Part shown: piece after piece, positions 25,819 through 39,363 of the stretch
Numbering within the stretch: the first letter of the stretch is position 1
Layout of the letters: every line of letters begins with the position of its first letter
Source of the DNA: Eledone cirrhosa
Taxonomy: Eukaryota
Direction of reading: 5' to 3'
Length of the DNA: 64,000 nt
Assembly (NCBI GenBank): GCA_964016885.1
Contig: OZ024741.1
Span: forward strand, 45,446,001 to 45,510,000
The notes under the pieces: generated by a model
Database searches by the model: none
What the model was told of the DNA's origin: nothing
The model's input: the letters and a program-made list of their open reading frames with translations, nothing else
Position numbers and translations under genes: made by a program

Positions 25819-27359
25819 TCCTTGAATCTCAGTCATTGATGTTGGTTAACTGGAAAGTCCGTTCGATTGAATATCAAGCCACTACCTGCAGCCTCAGATA
25901 TTCAGGACGTATCGGAGGGTTCTTGCTGTTCCAAGCAAGCATGCCTTTTGAAGCGTTCCAAAAAGCGTGAAGGGGCCGATTTTCTTTAACCATCCCTGGA
26001 AACCTTTGGAGATAGTCCCCAGTGCGCCTATGACAATCGGGATCACTTTGACTTCATGGCAGTTCCAAATCCTTTTCACCTCCCACTTTAGGTCCTGGTA
26101 TCGGTTAATTTTCTCCCTCTCCTTCTCTTGCACTCTCGTGTCGAACGGGCAGGCCACATCCACAATCAGGCACGATCTTTTTTCTTTGTCCACAACCACC
26201 AGGTCAGGTCTATTGTGTTCCAGTTTTTTGTCCGTCTGTATCCTAAAATCCCACAGCACCTTCACCTGACTGTTCTCCATCACCGCCTCTGGCCTATGCT
26301 CATACCATTTCTCAGAATGTGGTAGATTGTTTACTTTGCACAGGTGCCAGTGGATCACCCTGCCCATCACATCGTGTCTCCAGCCCTTATAGTGGGTCTG
26401 GGCTAGGTGTTTACACTCGGACACAATGTGAGCCACAGTCTCCTCTCTCTCTCCACAGATCCTGCACAGTGGGCTAGCCTCCTCCTTGTAGATATGGTGC
26501 TTCAACCACTTCGTTTTGAGGGCCTGCTCCTGCGCAGCCATTAGCATTCCTTCTGTAGCCTTTTTGAGGTCTCCTCTTCTCAACCAGTTCCATGTCTGTG
26601 GATCTCTAAATTAAGTTTTCTCAAAGAAGGTACTATGAAGGGATTTTCCCTTAAGGCTGCTCTTCCTCCTTGATGTTATTTCCTTCTTGATGTTATTTCC
26701 TCCTTGGACATCCCCTGGTCTACTGTCCCCTCCTTCAGTACAGTTCTGAGCATTGGCTCCTTACTATAGGTCACGTATTTGTATAGGTTGTTTTTCTCCA
26801 TCTGAACACAGTCCTCTATGCTGATAAGACCTCTTCCACCCTCAGATCTCCTTAGGTAGAGTCTATCGACATCACTCCTCTTGTGGAACATGTTGTAGAT
26901 AGTCAATAGCTTCCTAGTCTTCCTATCCATTTCTTTTTGTTCAGCAACATTCCATCTCAGAATTCCCGCACTGTACCTAATAATAGACACAGCTCGGGAA
27001 TTTACTGCGCTTATGGCATTTCTGCTGTTCAGATGTGACTTCAATACGCTCCTTACTCTCCGAATGTATTCAGTTCTTAACAATTCCTTCATTTTTTTGT
27101 TCTTTATGCCATCAGCCTCCAGAACGCCCAAATACTTGTATCCTTCCTCAGAGTCAATTTCCTTTATCATCTCACCTGTTGGTATCTGGATCCCGTTACT
27201 TCTGCTCAACCTACCCCTCTTCATCACAATGACTCCACATTTACCAATACCAAACTGCATACATATATCACTGCTGAAAATACGGACAGTGTCAACAAGC
27301 ACATCCAACTCCTTCTCACTTTTCCCGAAGAGCTTAAGATCGTCCATGAAGAGGAGGTG

Positions 27360-27360
<1 letters not shown>
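25819..27360 (-). mobile_element. Dong family B, 5'-truncated at the FMDD motif
   Basis: ORFs 26676-27347 and 25894-26583; (TTA)n on both sides. Confidence 0.92.
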
Positions 27361-27404
<44 letters not shown>

Positions 27405-27420
27405 GTTATTATTATTATTT

Positions 27421-27790
27421 AGTTAAGCAAAAGTTGACAGGGGGATCATCAACAACAGATGGTGGGGTCTCTCAAAGGAGAGATTAGAGTAACTTCGATA
27501 GAGTTCAGCAAAGAACTAGCGTTAGAGCAAAATAGAAAGGCGGGGGAGCTGGTAGAAAAGTTACACGAGGCTATTTGTAGTGGCATTGCAACTGACGTGC
27601 TAGCGGCGAGAATGGCATTAGACCATTTCTTCAATGCGAAACACGAAGGTTGCATTGTCAGAGCTAAGGCGCGTGCGCTGAAAAAGAGGGAACCAAAGCT
27701 GTTCGATGGGCCCGCGTGGCGGAAGCGCAGCGTGGTAATAAAACCACAATTCGCTCTTTGGCGAATCGAGACAGACACGAGATAAGCGAC
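27421..27790 (+). mobile_element. Internal ORF2 fragment of a further Tx1 subfamily
   Basis: Encodes ...SIEFSKELALEQNRKAGELVEKL..GIATDVLAARMALDHFFNAKHEGC, homologous to but distinct from A/B/C. Confidence 0.85.
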
Positions 27791-27814
27791 TCACAGCTAC
27801 ACCAAGTAGCTGAG

Positions 27815-30800
27815 AGCCTCATACCAACATCACCATTGTAAATATCAGTACGTTTGCCAAAACTAAAAATATAAGCAGTAGCAATAATTTAAATTTGTCT
27901 CATGCAGACATTCATTTCCCGCCATTACCAATGACTGCAGGTGTTGAAGCCGCCATCCCCACCACCCCACAGCGACAACAGAAACAAAAGAAAAAAATAA
28001 ATTATCTCGTGACATCAAAATGGATTCACCCAGAATGGACTCTTCCACACCGAACACCACTGATGCGACCACCACCACAACTGAAACTAAAAATAACACT
28101 AACAAAAGTAACGATAACAACAACAGCAACAACAACAATGAGAATAACAACATCTTGTCTTTTGCCAAACAGTTAAAACATGCGAAACAATCCAGGTAAC
28201 TCAGGAGGAACTAGATGAAGCCAAGAAAATTGTAAAGAAAGATGGATACAGGGTCAGCCTCACCCCCCACCAAATAAAATGGACCATCGGTGCCTATGCA
28301 CCGTGTCTTATCGGACGATTAACATAAAATCGCGCCGAGTGGAACCGGCATCTGAGTCCCAAATCCAAAAAGCTTTGGGACATGTGTGGGCAAAAAAAAC
28401 CCACTTCAGACGTGGGAGAAATATGGAACCATGGACGTGTTCTTTGGAACACCACAAGAGGCCAGAGAACACTCCATGGCCCCATTAAGAAGTGACGACT
28501 TCACACTCGTCCTAAGCTATTGTGGCCAGAGACTCGTGAAAATCAGGGTGACCCACGTTCCACCGGCCATCGAAATTTCATGGCTAATAGCTGCCGTCCT
28601 CGCCAGCATCGAGGCCAACACCAAGATAATCGAAATAGCTAAAGAAAAGCAGGAGAACTGCTCCGGATCTGGGATGGAGCTCCTGATTCAAGCGGACCAA
28701 AAAAGCATTGAGGAGATCCCAGAGGTAATAGACCTCACTAACGGCAGCCACTCACGGTAATCGTCGAGGGAAGAAGGCCTAGGTGTGTTGTTTGTGGTGA
28801 AGGAGCCCACCTAAGGGCTTTGTGCCCTCAGGCTAAAAGGTTGAGGCCACCTTTCTTACCCACCCCAGTGACTCAACCATCAACACCACCAGCAGCAGAA
28901 ATGGCAGCAACAACTGTAGCAGCAACAACAGAAGCAACTGTAACAGCAACAATTCCAGCAACAGTAGCAAAACCAACACCACCACCACCCAACGCGCCAG
29001 AACTAGCACCAGGACCTACACGATCCAACACGCCACAACCCAAACCAACGCCTGTGAGGATTTTCCCCTCCCCGACCTATCGCAATTGGAGACCGATTGT
29101 GACGACGAGGAGTGGGAAACGGTATCAGGAAAAAAGAAAAAAAGAAAAAGAAGCCAAAAAAGAAAAAAATCCTCTTCCATCCCCCTCCAAAAACAAAATA
29201 CAATGGAAAACAAATAAACTATCAAACAAGAAAGTTAGGACAGCTATGCCACTATCCACACCAGCATCACCAACCCCATCACGACAAACACCAACACCAT
29301 CACCATCATTAACCCCAACACCACCATCACCAACACCACAAAAGTCACCAAAACAACCAAAACGATACAAAATACACAATATTAAATTTGAACAACAATC
29401 AATTATTACACTACATCCAACACAACACCAGCATCACAGAAAAAGACTACACAACACCCCAAAAGTTCACACCACCTCCACACATACAAATCACTCGAAT
29501 CACACAGAAAACGTACACGACACTAAAACAAAAATTCCCCAAAGACACGGAGACATCCAACAAGCACTCTGCAGGAGGATTTATAAGGACATCCTTCCGG
29601 AGGAGGCCACAAGCAGTGAAAAGGATGGAAAAACCATCCTTCCCCTACGAGAAGTAAGGTAAGTGGTCTTTCCCATCTTTTACACTCCATTTCAACATGA
29701 CCTCACTCAGAATAGGCAGCATAAAGGCGCGTGGCTTGGGGCAGTCATGGAAGCAAGGCCACCTGCTCAACGACCTCAGGTCACTAAACATAGATGTAGT
29801 GGCCATCAGCGAGATTAGAATCGCTGAAGCACGGGCCTTCGCACCGATCTTCGGCGACTACGATGTGTACGCATCTCCCAGCCGTTCTGGATCGGGGGGG
29901 AGGAGTTGCTGTGCTTTTTCGGAGAGGTTTGGATCTCGCCATACGGGCCATCTTCCTGGACCCAGAAGCTAAGTTGGTGGTGCTGGACGTGACCAGCGGA
30001 GCCGGGCAAGCCTTCAGGCTAGTGGCCGTCTATGACCCTACAGGAGCAGGACGGCCTGACATCTTCCGGCGTCTGGAGAACTTTCTTGGAACGTCTCGCT
30101 CTTTAGTGTTAGTGGGCGACTGGAACGGGATCTTAGATGCACGCTGGGACTGTGTGGGATTAGCCGATAGGGGAGGAGGGTGCAAGAGCCTCACCAACCT
30201 CCTCAGGCGTTTCGAACTGTCTGACAGGTACCGATTGGATTTCCCGAATGTGCCAATGTGGACTTGGACAAATCGTATAGGGTCATCCAGATCATATCTA
30301 GATAGAGTATTTTGTAGGGAAATACATAGGTCTAGCATAGGCTGTCCACAATTCAAGATAGTCAGTTACACGGACCACAAATTCGTGATCTGTGTGTTGA
30401 CTTATATAGGCTTCATAGACGAGGACCCGGCTACTGGAAGCTAAACGCGTCTTTACCAGCGCGTAAGGCCTACAGAGACCGGATTAGCGAACTAGTTAAG
30501 CGGGCTTTGACGGGGGCCATCGTCAACAACAAGTGGTGGTTTGCTCTGAAAACAGCGATTAGAATAGAGTCCATTAGGTTTAGTAAGGCTTTAGCAATAG
30601 AGAAAAATAGAGCAGAGGGAGAACTAGTTAGAAAATTAGACGAGGCCCTTAGCAAAGGCATCGCGACCGACGTACTTGCGGCGAAATTGGCCCTTGACCA
30701 ATTCTTCATGCAAAGCACGAAGGCTGCGTTGTCAGAGCTAGGGTGCTTGCTCTCAGACACGAGGGGGCGAAAGCCGTTCAATGGGCCCGAGTGGCGGAAG

Positions 30801-33338
30801 CGCGTTGTGGCAACAAAGCCACGTTCCGGTCTTTGGTGGACCACGACGGGCGCATGCTACTCGATCCCGGGCAAATGTGCGAAGCTTTCCAGCGTCACTT
30901 CGCACAGCTGTTCGGGGGCAGCGGCGGGCCGGTTCGAAGGATGGACTTTAGTGTCTACCTCGACGGACTGCCGCGGCTCTCGGCCTCTGTGGCGGAGTGT
31001 TGCGAAAAGCCGATAACAGCCGCTGAAGTACGGGAGGCAATGACTGGCTGCACAAGGGGTAAATCGCCTAGTTTGGATGGTCTGCCCTATGAACTTTGCG
31101 TACAGATGCCAGACTTGTTCGGAGGCCTCTTGGCGGACGTCTACTGCAACTGGCAACAGAACGGGAGAATTCCCAGCTCTATGAGCCGAGTAGCTGTGGC
31201 GCTGCTGATAAAAAAACCCCCACTTATGGGGATAACAGATAATTTCAGGACCATAACTCTGCTAAACACAGAGTTCAAGATTTTGGCCAAGGTGCTAGCA
31301 AAGAGGTTGGCGCTTGTCGTTGGTGGTCTGGTGGGAGAGGCGCAGACGTGCGCCATTCCCGACAGATCCATCCACGACAACCTCCACCTCATGCGATACA
31401 TCGTAGAGAGGGTAGCTAAGGAACCTGGCACGGGTGGGTACTTGATCAATTTAGATCATTCGAAAGATTTCGATAGGGTCGACCATCGTTACCTAGCAGC
31501 AGTCCTGAGGGCGGCTGGCTTTGGGCCCGTCTTCAGAGGCTGGATCGCTGCCATGCACAGCGACATCTGCTCTGTAGTGAGAGTGAAAGGTCACCTTTCG
31601 GAACCGTTCAACATCATGCGTTCGGTCCGCCAAGAATGTCCCATCTCGTCCCTCTTGTACGTATTGACTCTCGAGCCATTACTACACAAACTGGAGACTT
31701 TGAGGGGGTCCCGTGCGAACTAGGATGCGGAAGATCCGTGTCAGCATATGCGGACAATGTCACCGTAGTGGTGTCGAACGCCAAACACATCGAGGCGATC
31801 TGCATAACACTATGAGAATACGAAGCGGTGACAGGAGCAATGATCAACCAGGAAAAGTCAGTGGGCCTGCAGCTCGGCACCTGGAGAGGCAGGTCCATGC
31901 CGTCCAACAGCGTCGTCGGGCGCTGGAGGGACGTCCGGTTAAATTGCTAGGGGTCTGGTTCGGTCCAGACCTCCAGACGGACAAAAACTGGGACGAGGTG
32001 ACGAGCAGGGTGGCTTCTCTCACCCAGAAATGGGCAGAGAGGAAGCTATCCCTGAAAAGGTCGAGCGGAGGTGGGTAACGCGTACATCGCCTCCGTCATC
32101 TACTACCACCTGATCGTCTTGCCTTGTCCTAAGCCTAGCCAGACTGCGCTGGAGCGTTTGATCTTTCGCTTTTGTGGAAGAGACGCGCTCCGTCTTCTTT
32201 CAACAGCCGCTACGTGGAGGGCTGGGCATGCAATGGCTGATGATGCGCAGACATGCGCTCAGGCTACGACATCTCCACCTCTTCCTCGACGGTGATCTGG
32301 TGTGGTCGCCGTTTGCTAGACGCGTCTTTCCCCAGCTCGTGTTCTTGAGTCCTGGGTCAAACGAAGACCGAGAGGGAGCGCTTGGAGACTGGAATATCTT
32401 CAGGCGCTCACAGCCCTCGACCAATCGGGCAATGTGATCGGTGGAAACTCCATCTTGGCCTTCTATAGAGGATTAGTGGAGGGAAAGAGCGACGACGTAC
32501 TTGGGGAAACTCTAGGCGTCGACGAAAATCAACTAGCCAATCTCTTCGGAAGAACTTTCGGGCCCGGGCCTATGGACAACTTCCAGAAATCCCTGGCCTG
32601 GCAGTGCTACCGAGGAGCTTTGCCAGTTCGAGATAAACTCTACAGGCATGGAGATTCCGTCAGCCGGGCATGTCCGAGATGTGCGCAGGGCGACGAAACC
32701 GTCCTGCACGCACTCGTCCAGTGTCCGAGCATTGCTGACTTGTGGCTTTATGTCGAACGCCTGCTGTCGCGTGTAGGACGGATCCAGCTATCAGCTGAGT
32801 CCTTCGTGAGAATTTCCCGCCCTCTTCCTTTAGCCGGGAAGGGCAGGCAGTTTTCATATGTCTGGTGGCCATGGCGAAAGAGATAGTATGGTGGACACGT
32901 TTGAAAGGGCTGAAGACGAGCACTTACCTCTTTGGTGATGCCCTGATTAACTTTTTCAAATTTCATTTAAAAAGGAAAATCAGGGTAGAGAAGGAAGTGC
33001 TCTCTTCCCAGCATTTTATTGAAAGATGGGTGAGGGAGGCAAGATTGGTCCGAGTGAATGGGCCTACTCTGAGTATGTGTCTGTAAATTAAAGGTGGAAA
33101 ACTGGGAGAGGACAATCGCCCTGGTGGTCAGGGTCACTCTGGCTTTATAATAGGCTTTCTACACGAATGTCCCTCGGAAGTCTCCCCCCTATTGGGGAAT
33201 TTTTTCATTGTTCTATTATTACATCCTCTGTTTCTTGTTTTTTTTACACGCAGAAATGCCCATTTGTACCGTCCTGTATTGTCCTGTACTGTCCTTAATG
33301 TCTACTTTGTGTAAACCCTTGTGGTTAATAAAGAAATC
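27815..33338 (+). mobile_element. Tx1-like LINE family A copy 1, decayed, slightly 5'-truncated
   Basis: Colinear with 37425-43025; ORF1 fragments to 29662, ORF2 fragments 29697-33086; (TTA)n tail. Confidence 0.92.
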
Positions 33339-33350
33339 ATTATTATTATA

Positions 33351-33410
33351 AAGTACCAGTAACACACTGGTTAATTGCTGGCCTTGTGCCAAACGTAGAA
33401 ACAATTATTA
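33351..33410 (+). repeat. Short SINE-tail-like remnant; related copy on minus strand at 24880-24935
   Basis: cactgg..attgctggccttgtgcc...g.a.acaattattaat at both loci. Confidence 0.55.
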
Positions 33411-33420
33411 ATATTATTAT

Positions 33421-36400
33421 AGTTGCATTTATCTTGCTTTATGTTCATAGGAGTTATCACCAAGTCACAACCAGTGACCTCACGAGAAAATAGGGACGGC
33501 CATGTTCAAATAAAGAACATACATACTCACACATGCATCTTTAGTGTTTAGACTTGTGATGTACTTATATTGACAAAATATTCCTTAGTATATGGGCAGT
33601 TTCCATTAGTACTATCTTTTGTATTTCTCCGATACGCGGGTTTCCTGGGATTTGCGATAAGTAATCATTAGACCCCTTAGGTATCATTCCCAGAGCGCCT
33701 ACAACCACTGGTATTGTTTTAGTTCTCAATTTCCACATTTTTCCAATTTCTATCTCCAGGTCCTTATACTTGCTCAATTTTTCAAATGTTTTTATAGAAA
33801 CCATCTTGTCTATTGGAACGGACATATCAATTAGCAGGCATACCTTCTTTTTAAAGTCCTTCAATATTATATCAGGTCTATTTGCATCTATTTTTCGGTC
33901 TGTTTGGATGCTAAAGTTCCACAAGATTGAGATGTGATCTTTTTCAAGTATGGGAGGTGGTTGATGCTCCCACCAATTCTTTTGATGGGGCAGGTCAAAA
34001 TGCTTACACATTATCCAATGTATGTATTGTGCAGCTCTGTCATGCCTGTTTAGGTATTCGGTTGGAGCTATAGGACTGCACATTGAAATTATATGGTCAA
34101 TGGTCTCTGGTTGTTTTTTGCATACACGGAATAATGGGCTGCATCCATTTTTTATTATGTTGGCTTGGTAATTTTTTGTTGGCAGACACTGATCTTGTGC
34201 TGATATAATCAGTCCTTCAGTCTCCGATTTCAGTCCAGAGGATGCCAACCACTGATGGGTTAAAGTTTTGTCAACATCAGGATTGTTAGCTCGCTCTGGG
34301 TATTTTCCATACAGAGGCTTTTCTTGCCATTTCTTAGCCAGTTTCTGTAGCAGTTCTTTCTTTGCAGTTACTTTTACCTGCTTTGCTTTTTCTGTGTTTT
34401 CCATTTCAGCAGTAAATGGGACTTCTGAAATTTGTAGTCCATTACTGTATCTTTGTGCATCTTTTGTAATGGAATATGATCTTTTGATGCTTTCGTGTTT
34501 CAAAACGAGTTTGATCATCCAATCATGTGATTCCCTTAGATATGTAGATAATCCAATTGTTGCAGTTTTCAACGCAATGTCTAACTGGATTAACCCACAT
34601 CCTCCTTCTTTCCTAGGGAGATATATTCTATCTATATCTGCCTTAGGGTGATGCATTCTGTGCATGGTTAAGAATTTTCGAATTTTTGTATCGATCCTAC
34701 GGATCTCTGTGATTGACCAGTTGATGACATTGTAACTGTAGGTTACTACTGGTATGGCAAGCGTGTTTATGGCATCGATCCTATTCCTTGCATTCAATTC
34801 CGTTCTTAAGATTGCTCTTACTCTGCGGTAACATTCCTTCCTTATACTTTCCCTCATTTTCGAGTGCTTGATTCCGTCTCCTTCACAAACACCTAGATAT
34901 TTGTAAGTTTTTTTCTTGATCAAGTTCTCTTATCACGTTCCCCCGATCAAGATTAATGTCTGAATCTTCAGCAACTTTCCTCTGGTGAACGTTGCTTTGG
35001 CGCATTTATCTAGTCCAAACTCCATTTTAATGTCATCACTGAACTGCTCCACAGTGGATAAAAGCCATTGCAATTGTTCATCATTTTTTGCAAATAGTTT
35101 CAGGCCATCCATGTAGAAGAAGTGATTAATGGTTTTGTCATAGACTTTATATCCATGTTTTGTTTCATTGAGCATTTTACTTAATGGTATAAGTGCGATG
35201 CAGAATAAAAGCGGTGATAATGAGTCACCCTGAAAAATTCCACAATTAATATTAACTTCTCCAGCTTCCAGTGATTTTGTTTCACTATTTCAAAGGAGTG
35301 TCGTTTTCCAAGTCTTCATACTGAATGACAAAAACCTCCTGACAACGGGGGATATTTTGAAAGTCTCTAAACATTTTTCAATCCAACTGTGTGGCAAACT
35401 ATCGAATGCTTTTTTATAATCTATCCAAGCAATCGATAGATTTTTGTGTCTATTATGACAATCTTCCAGTATCATTTTGTTAACCAAGAGCTGATCCTTA
35501 CAGCCATATGAGCCTCGTTTACACCCTTTCTGCTCAATGGGAAATAGGTCATTTGTTATCAGGTGGTCATATGTGTATTCAGTTAGGACTGATGTTAAAA
35601 TTTTATACATTGTGGTCAAGCAAGTTATCGGTCTGTAATTTTTGAGATTGTTTGTCTCATCATTCTTCGGAAGCAGGAATGTAATGCCGTTAACTAGCCA
35701 TGATGATATCTTTTCTGGCGCCTTAACTATTTCATTGTAAAGTTGGGCTAACAGCTCATGAGACTCTGTGAAGGCATTTATCCAAAAGTTTTGTATTTTG
35801 TCTTTTCCTGGGGATTTCCATTTGCTGGTTTTTCTTAGAGCCAAGGGCAACTGTTCAACTGTTATATTTTCCCATATTCGTTCCTCAAGGTGAGCTGTAT
35901 CTTTCATTTGTCTGTCTATCCATGGGGCATGTATGTTATGAACTTTTTCTTCGGCCCAGATCTTTTCCCAGAATTCTTGCACTTCCTCCTTGGGTGGTAT
36001 TGATTTAGCAGTTATTGTTGACTTACCAATTTTTCTGTAGAAGTTTCTTTGGTTGTTTTTGAACATATTATTGTCCTTATAGAATCTAGATCGTTTTTCA
36101 AAGCGCCTTATACGAGCAGCTTTGGCCGACACTTTTTGCTTGATTATTTCTTTCAGCATGTCTATGTCACTTGTTGATTTTATACTGTACTTTCTTTTTA
36201 ATTTTCCAAGTTTAGTTTGTTTAACATGTTCACCTACTTTATAGTTTGTTAAAATTTCTATGTCACATCGGAGAAGGTTTATTTGGCGATTGATGTTCTC
36301 TTGCCAAGTAGATTTCTTGTGGGAATTCCTTTGTTTCTTCATCTTCACTCATTATCTTTTGGTTCTGTTTGGAGTTCTGGATCTTAGGGAGAGTGTCTCG

Positions 36401-37105
36401 TTGCCCCATGTCAGACTCTTTCATTTTCATCCATTCGATCATAATTTCATCCTTCAAGTTGGCAAGTTCATTCTCATTCATTTCTTTATCATTTACGATC
36501 TCATTATTTTCATTTGGATTTTCATCCTGAGCATGCACTCCCTCCACTTTTTCGCTCCTTTCTTTAATTTGTTCTGTTGCCAGTGATTCCGCCCCAACTC
36601 TGGGATTCGAAGTGTTACAGTTTACCTCGTTTTCACTGACACATGCTTCATTTTCCCTTCGCTGACTTTGTGCTACTAGCTTGATCTGATCAATTTCTAT
36701 ATCAGTTAGTAACTTTTTTCTTACAATATTTCTTCGTATATTGGCTAGTTTGTTACTGTCAATATAGCCTCTGTTTTCGGGATGTTTCTTTTTCCAGTTG
36801 ATATATGTCTGTTCTATATTCGATGTATTTGATGGGTAGTACATGGCAGTGTAGAAAGCCTCAAGGACTTCTTTATTATCTTCCCTTGACCATTTTTCTC
36901 TCTTTTTCTTTGGATTTCTTGGTGGTGAGCATGGAGGGCCAACAGTAGGAGTATTCCGGTTATGGGAGGTCTCCAGCTCCGAAGTGATGGGAAGGTTTGA
37001 ACCATTAGCTGATTTTTCGACGCCAGTCTGGTTCCTCTCTGAGGGACGCGGCCCTTTTTTACCCGGGTGACGGCCGATCCGGTATGAGATTTTATCATTA
37101 GACAT
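33421..37105 (-). mobile_element. Dong family A copy 2, truncated exactly at the start codon
   Basis: Near-identical to 20844-24638; ~110-bp internal deletion near 36350; same in-frame TGA at 35290-35292. Confidence 0.92.
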
Positions 37106-37115
37106 TATTATTAGA

Positions 37116-37146
<31 letters not shown>

Positions 37147-37363
37147 GGCGACCTACGTAGTAAATCGTATCATCGTGAGCTCCGCAAAGGTTTGTTATTT
37201 CAGTTTGTTAAAAATTGTCATTTATTCATTTATGGAAAATTTTATTGTTAACTGTTTATAAGCGCACATACATTGTTTTCCGAAAAGGACACCCAAAAAG
37301 ATTGGGGCCTTGTGCCCAAAATTTAAACTTTTATTATTATCAAAAAAAATTTCTTAGAAAAAA

Positions 37364-39329
37364 ATGGCTAATTCACCTCTGCACCAAACAGCTGAAAGCC
37401 TTCCTCACAAATTAACACCTCACACCGACACCACCATTGTAAATGTTACTACGTTTGCCAACACAAAAAAAAAAAATATATAAGCAGTAGCAATATTTTA
37501 AATTTGTCTCAGGCAGACATTCATTTCCCGCCATTACCAATGACTGCAGGTGTTAAAGCCTCCACCACCACCACCACCGCGACAACCACCACTCCCACCA
37601 CCACCGCGACAACAGAAACAAAAGAAGAAAAAAAGAAATTAACTCGTGATGTCGAAATGAAATCAAGCAAAATGGACTCTTCCGCAACAAAGACGACTGA
37701 CGTCACCACCACCACAACTGAAACTAAAATTAATATTAACGATAGCAACAACAACAACAATGACATTATAACCCCCCCCCCCCTCAGTTTCGCCAGAGTA
37801 GCAAAGCAATTCGAAAAATTTACGGTAACACAGGAAGATTTAGAAAATGCCAAGCAAATGGTAAAGAAAGATGGGTACAGGGTCAGCCTCACCCCCCCCA
37901 CCTAATAAAATGGAGCATTGGCGCCTATGCACCGTGTCGTATAGAACAATAAATGTAAAATCGCGCCGAGTGGAACGGGCATCCGAGTCCCAAATCCAAA
38001 AAGCTTTGGGACATGTGTGGGCAAGAAAAACCCACATCAGACGTGGGCAAAAGTATGGAACCGTGGACGTGTTCTTTGAAACACCAGAGGTGGCTAGAGA
38101 ACACTCCATGGCCCCATTAAAAAGTGACGACTTCACACTCGTCCCAAGCTATTGTGGCCAGAGACTCGTAAAGATCAGGGTGACCCACGTTCCACCGGCC
38201 ATCGAAATTCCCTGGCTAATAGCGGCCGTCCTCGCCGGCATCGAAGCCAACACGAAAATAATAGCAATATCAAAAGAAAAGCAGGAAAACTGGTCCGGAT
38301 CTGGGATGGAGCTCCTGATCCAAGCGGACCAAAAAAGCATTGAGGAGATCCCAGAGGTAATAGACCTCACTGACGGCAGCCACCTCACGGTAATTGTCGA
38401 GGGCAGAAGACCTAGGTGTGTCGTTTGTGGTGAAGGAACCCACCTAAGGGCTTTCTGCCCTCAGGCTAAAAGGTTGAGACCACCTCTCCTACCCACCCCA
38501 GTGACACAACCATCAACACCACCAGTAGCAGAGATGGCAGCAACAACTGTAGCAGCAACAACAGAAGCAACTATAACAGCAACAACCCCAGCAACAGTAG
38601 CAAAACCAACACCACCACCACACAACGCTTCAGAACTAGCACCAGCGCCTACACCATCCACCACGCCACAACCAAAACTAAAGGCTGTGGAGGATTTTCC
38701 ACTCCCCGGCCTATCACAACTGGAGACAGATTGTGACGACGAGGAGTGGGAAACGATATCCGGAAAAAAAAAAGAAACCAAAAAAGAAGAAATTCTCTTC
38801 CTTCCCCCTCCAAAAACAAAATACAGAGGGAAACAAATAAATTAAGAAACAAAAAAGTTAGGACAGATATGCCACCATCCACACCAGCATCACCAACCCC
38901 ATCAACCCAAACACCAACACCATCACCATCATTAACCCTAACACCACCATCACCTACACCACAAAAGTCACCAAAATGCGAAACAAACAAACCCACAACA
39001 AACGCAAACAAAACAAAACAACCAAAACGATACACACTACACAGCATTAAATTTGAACAACAAGCAATTATTACACTACATCCAACACAACACCAACATC
39101 ACAGAAAAAGACTACACAACAACCCCAAAATTCACACCACCTCCACACATACAAATGACTCGCATCACACAGAAAAAACGTACATGACACTAAAACAAAA
39201 TTTCCCAAAGACATCGGAGACTTCCGACAAGCACTCTCCAGGAGGATTTATAAGGACATCCTTCCTGAGGAGGCCACAAGCAGTGAAAAAGATGGAAAAA
39301 CCATCCTTCCCCTACGAGAAGTAAGGTAA
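37364..39329 (+). pseudogene. Tx1-A ORF1 (gag-like, CCHC zinc knuckle), frameshifted
   Basis: Starts MANSPLHQTAESL; CVVCGEGTHLRAFC knuckle; breaks at homopolymer runs (~37470, ~37895, ~38770, ~39175). Confidence 0.85.
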
Positions 39330-39363
39330 GTGGTCTTTCCCATCTTTTCCACTCCTTTTCAAC

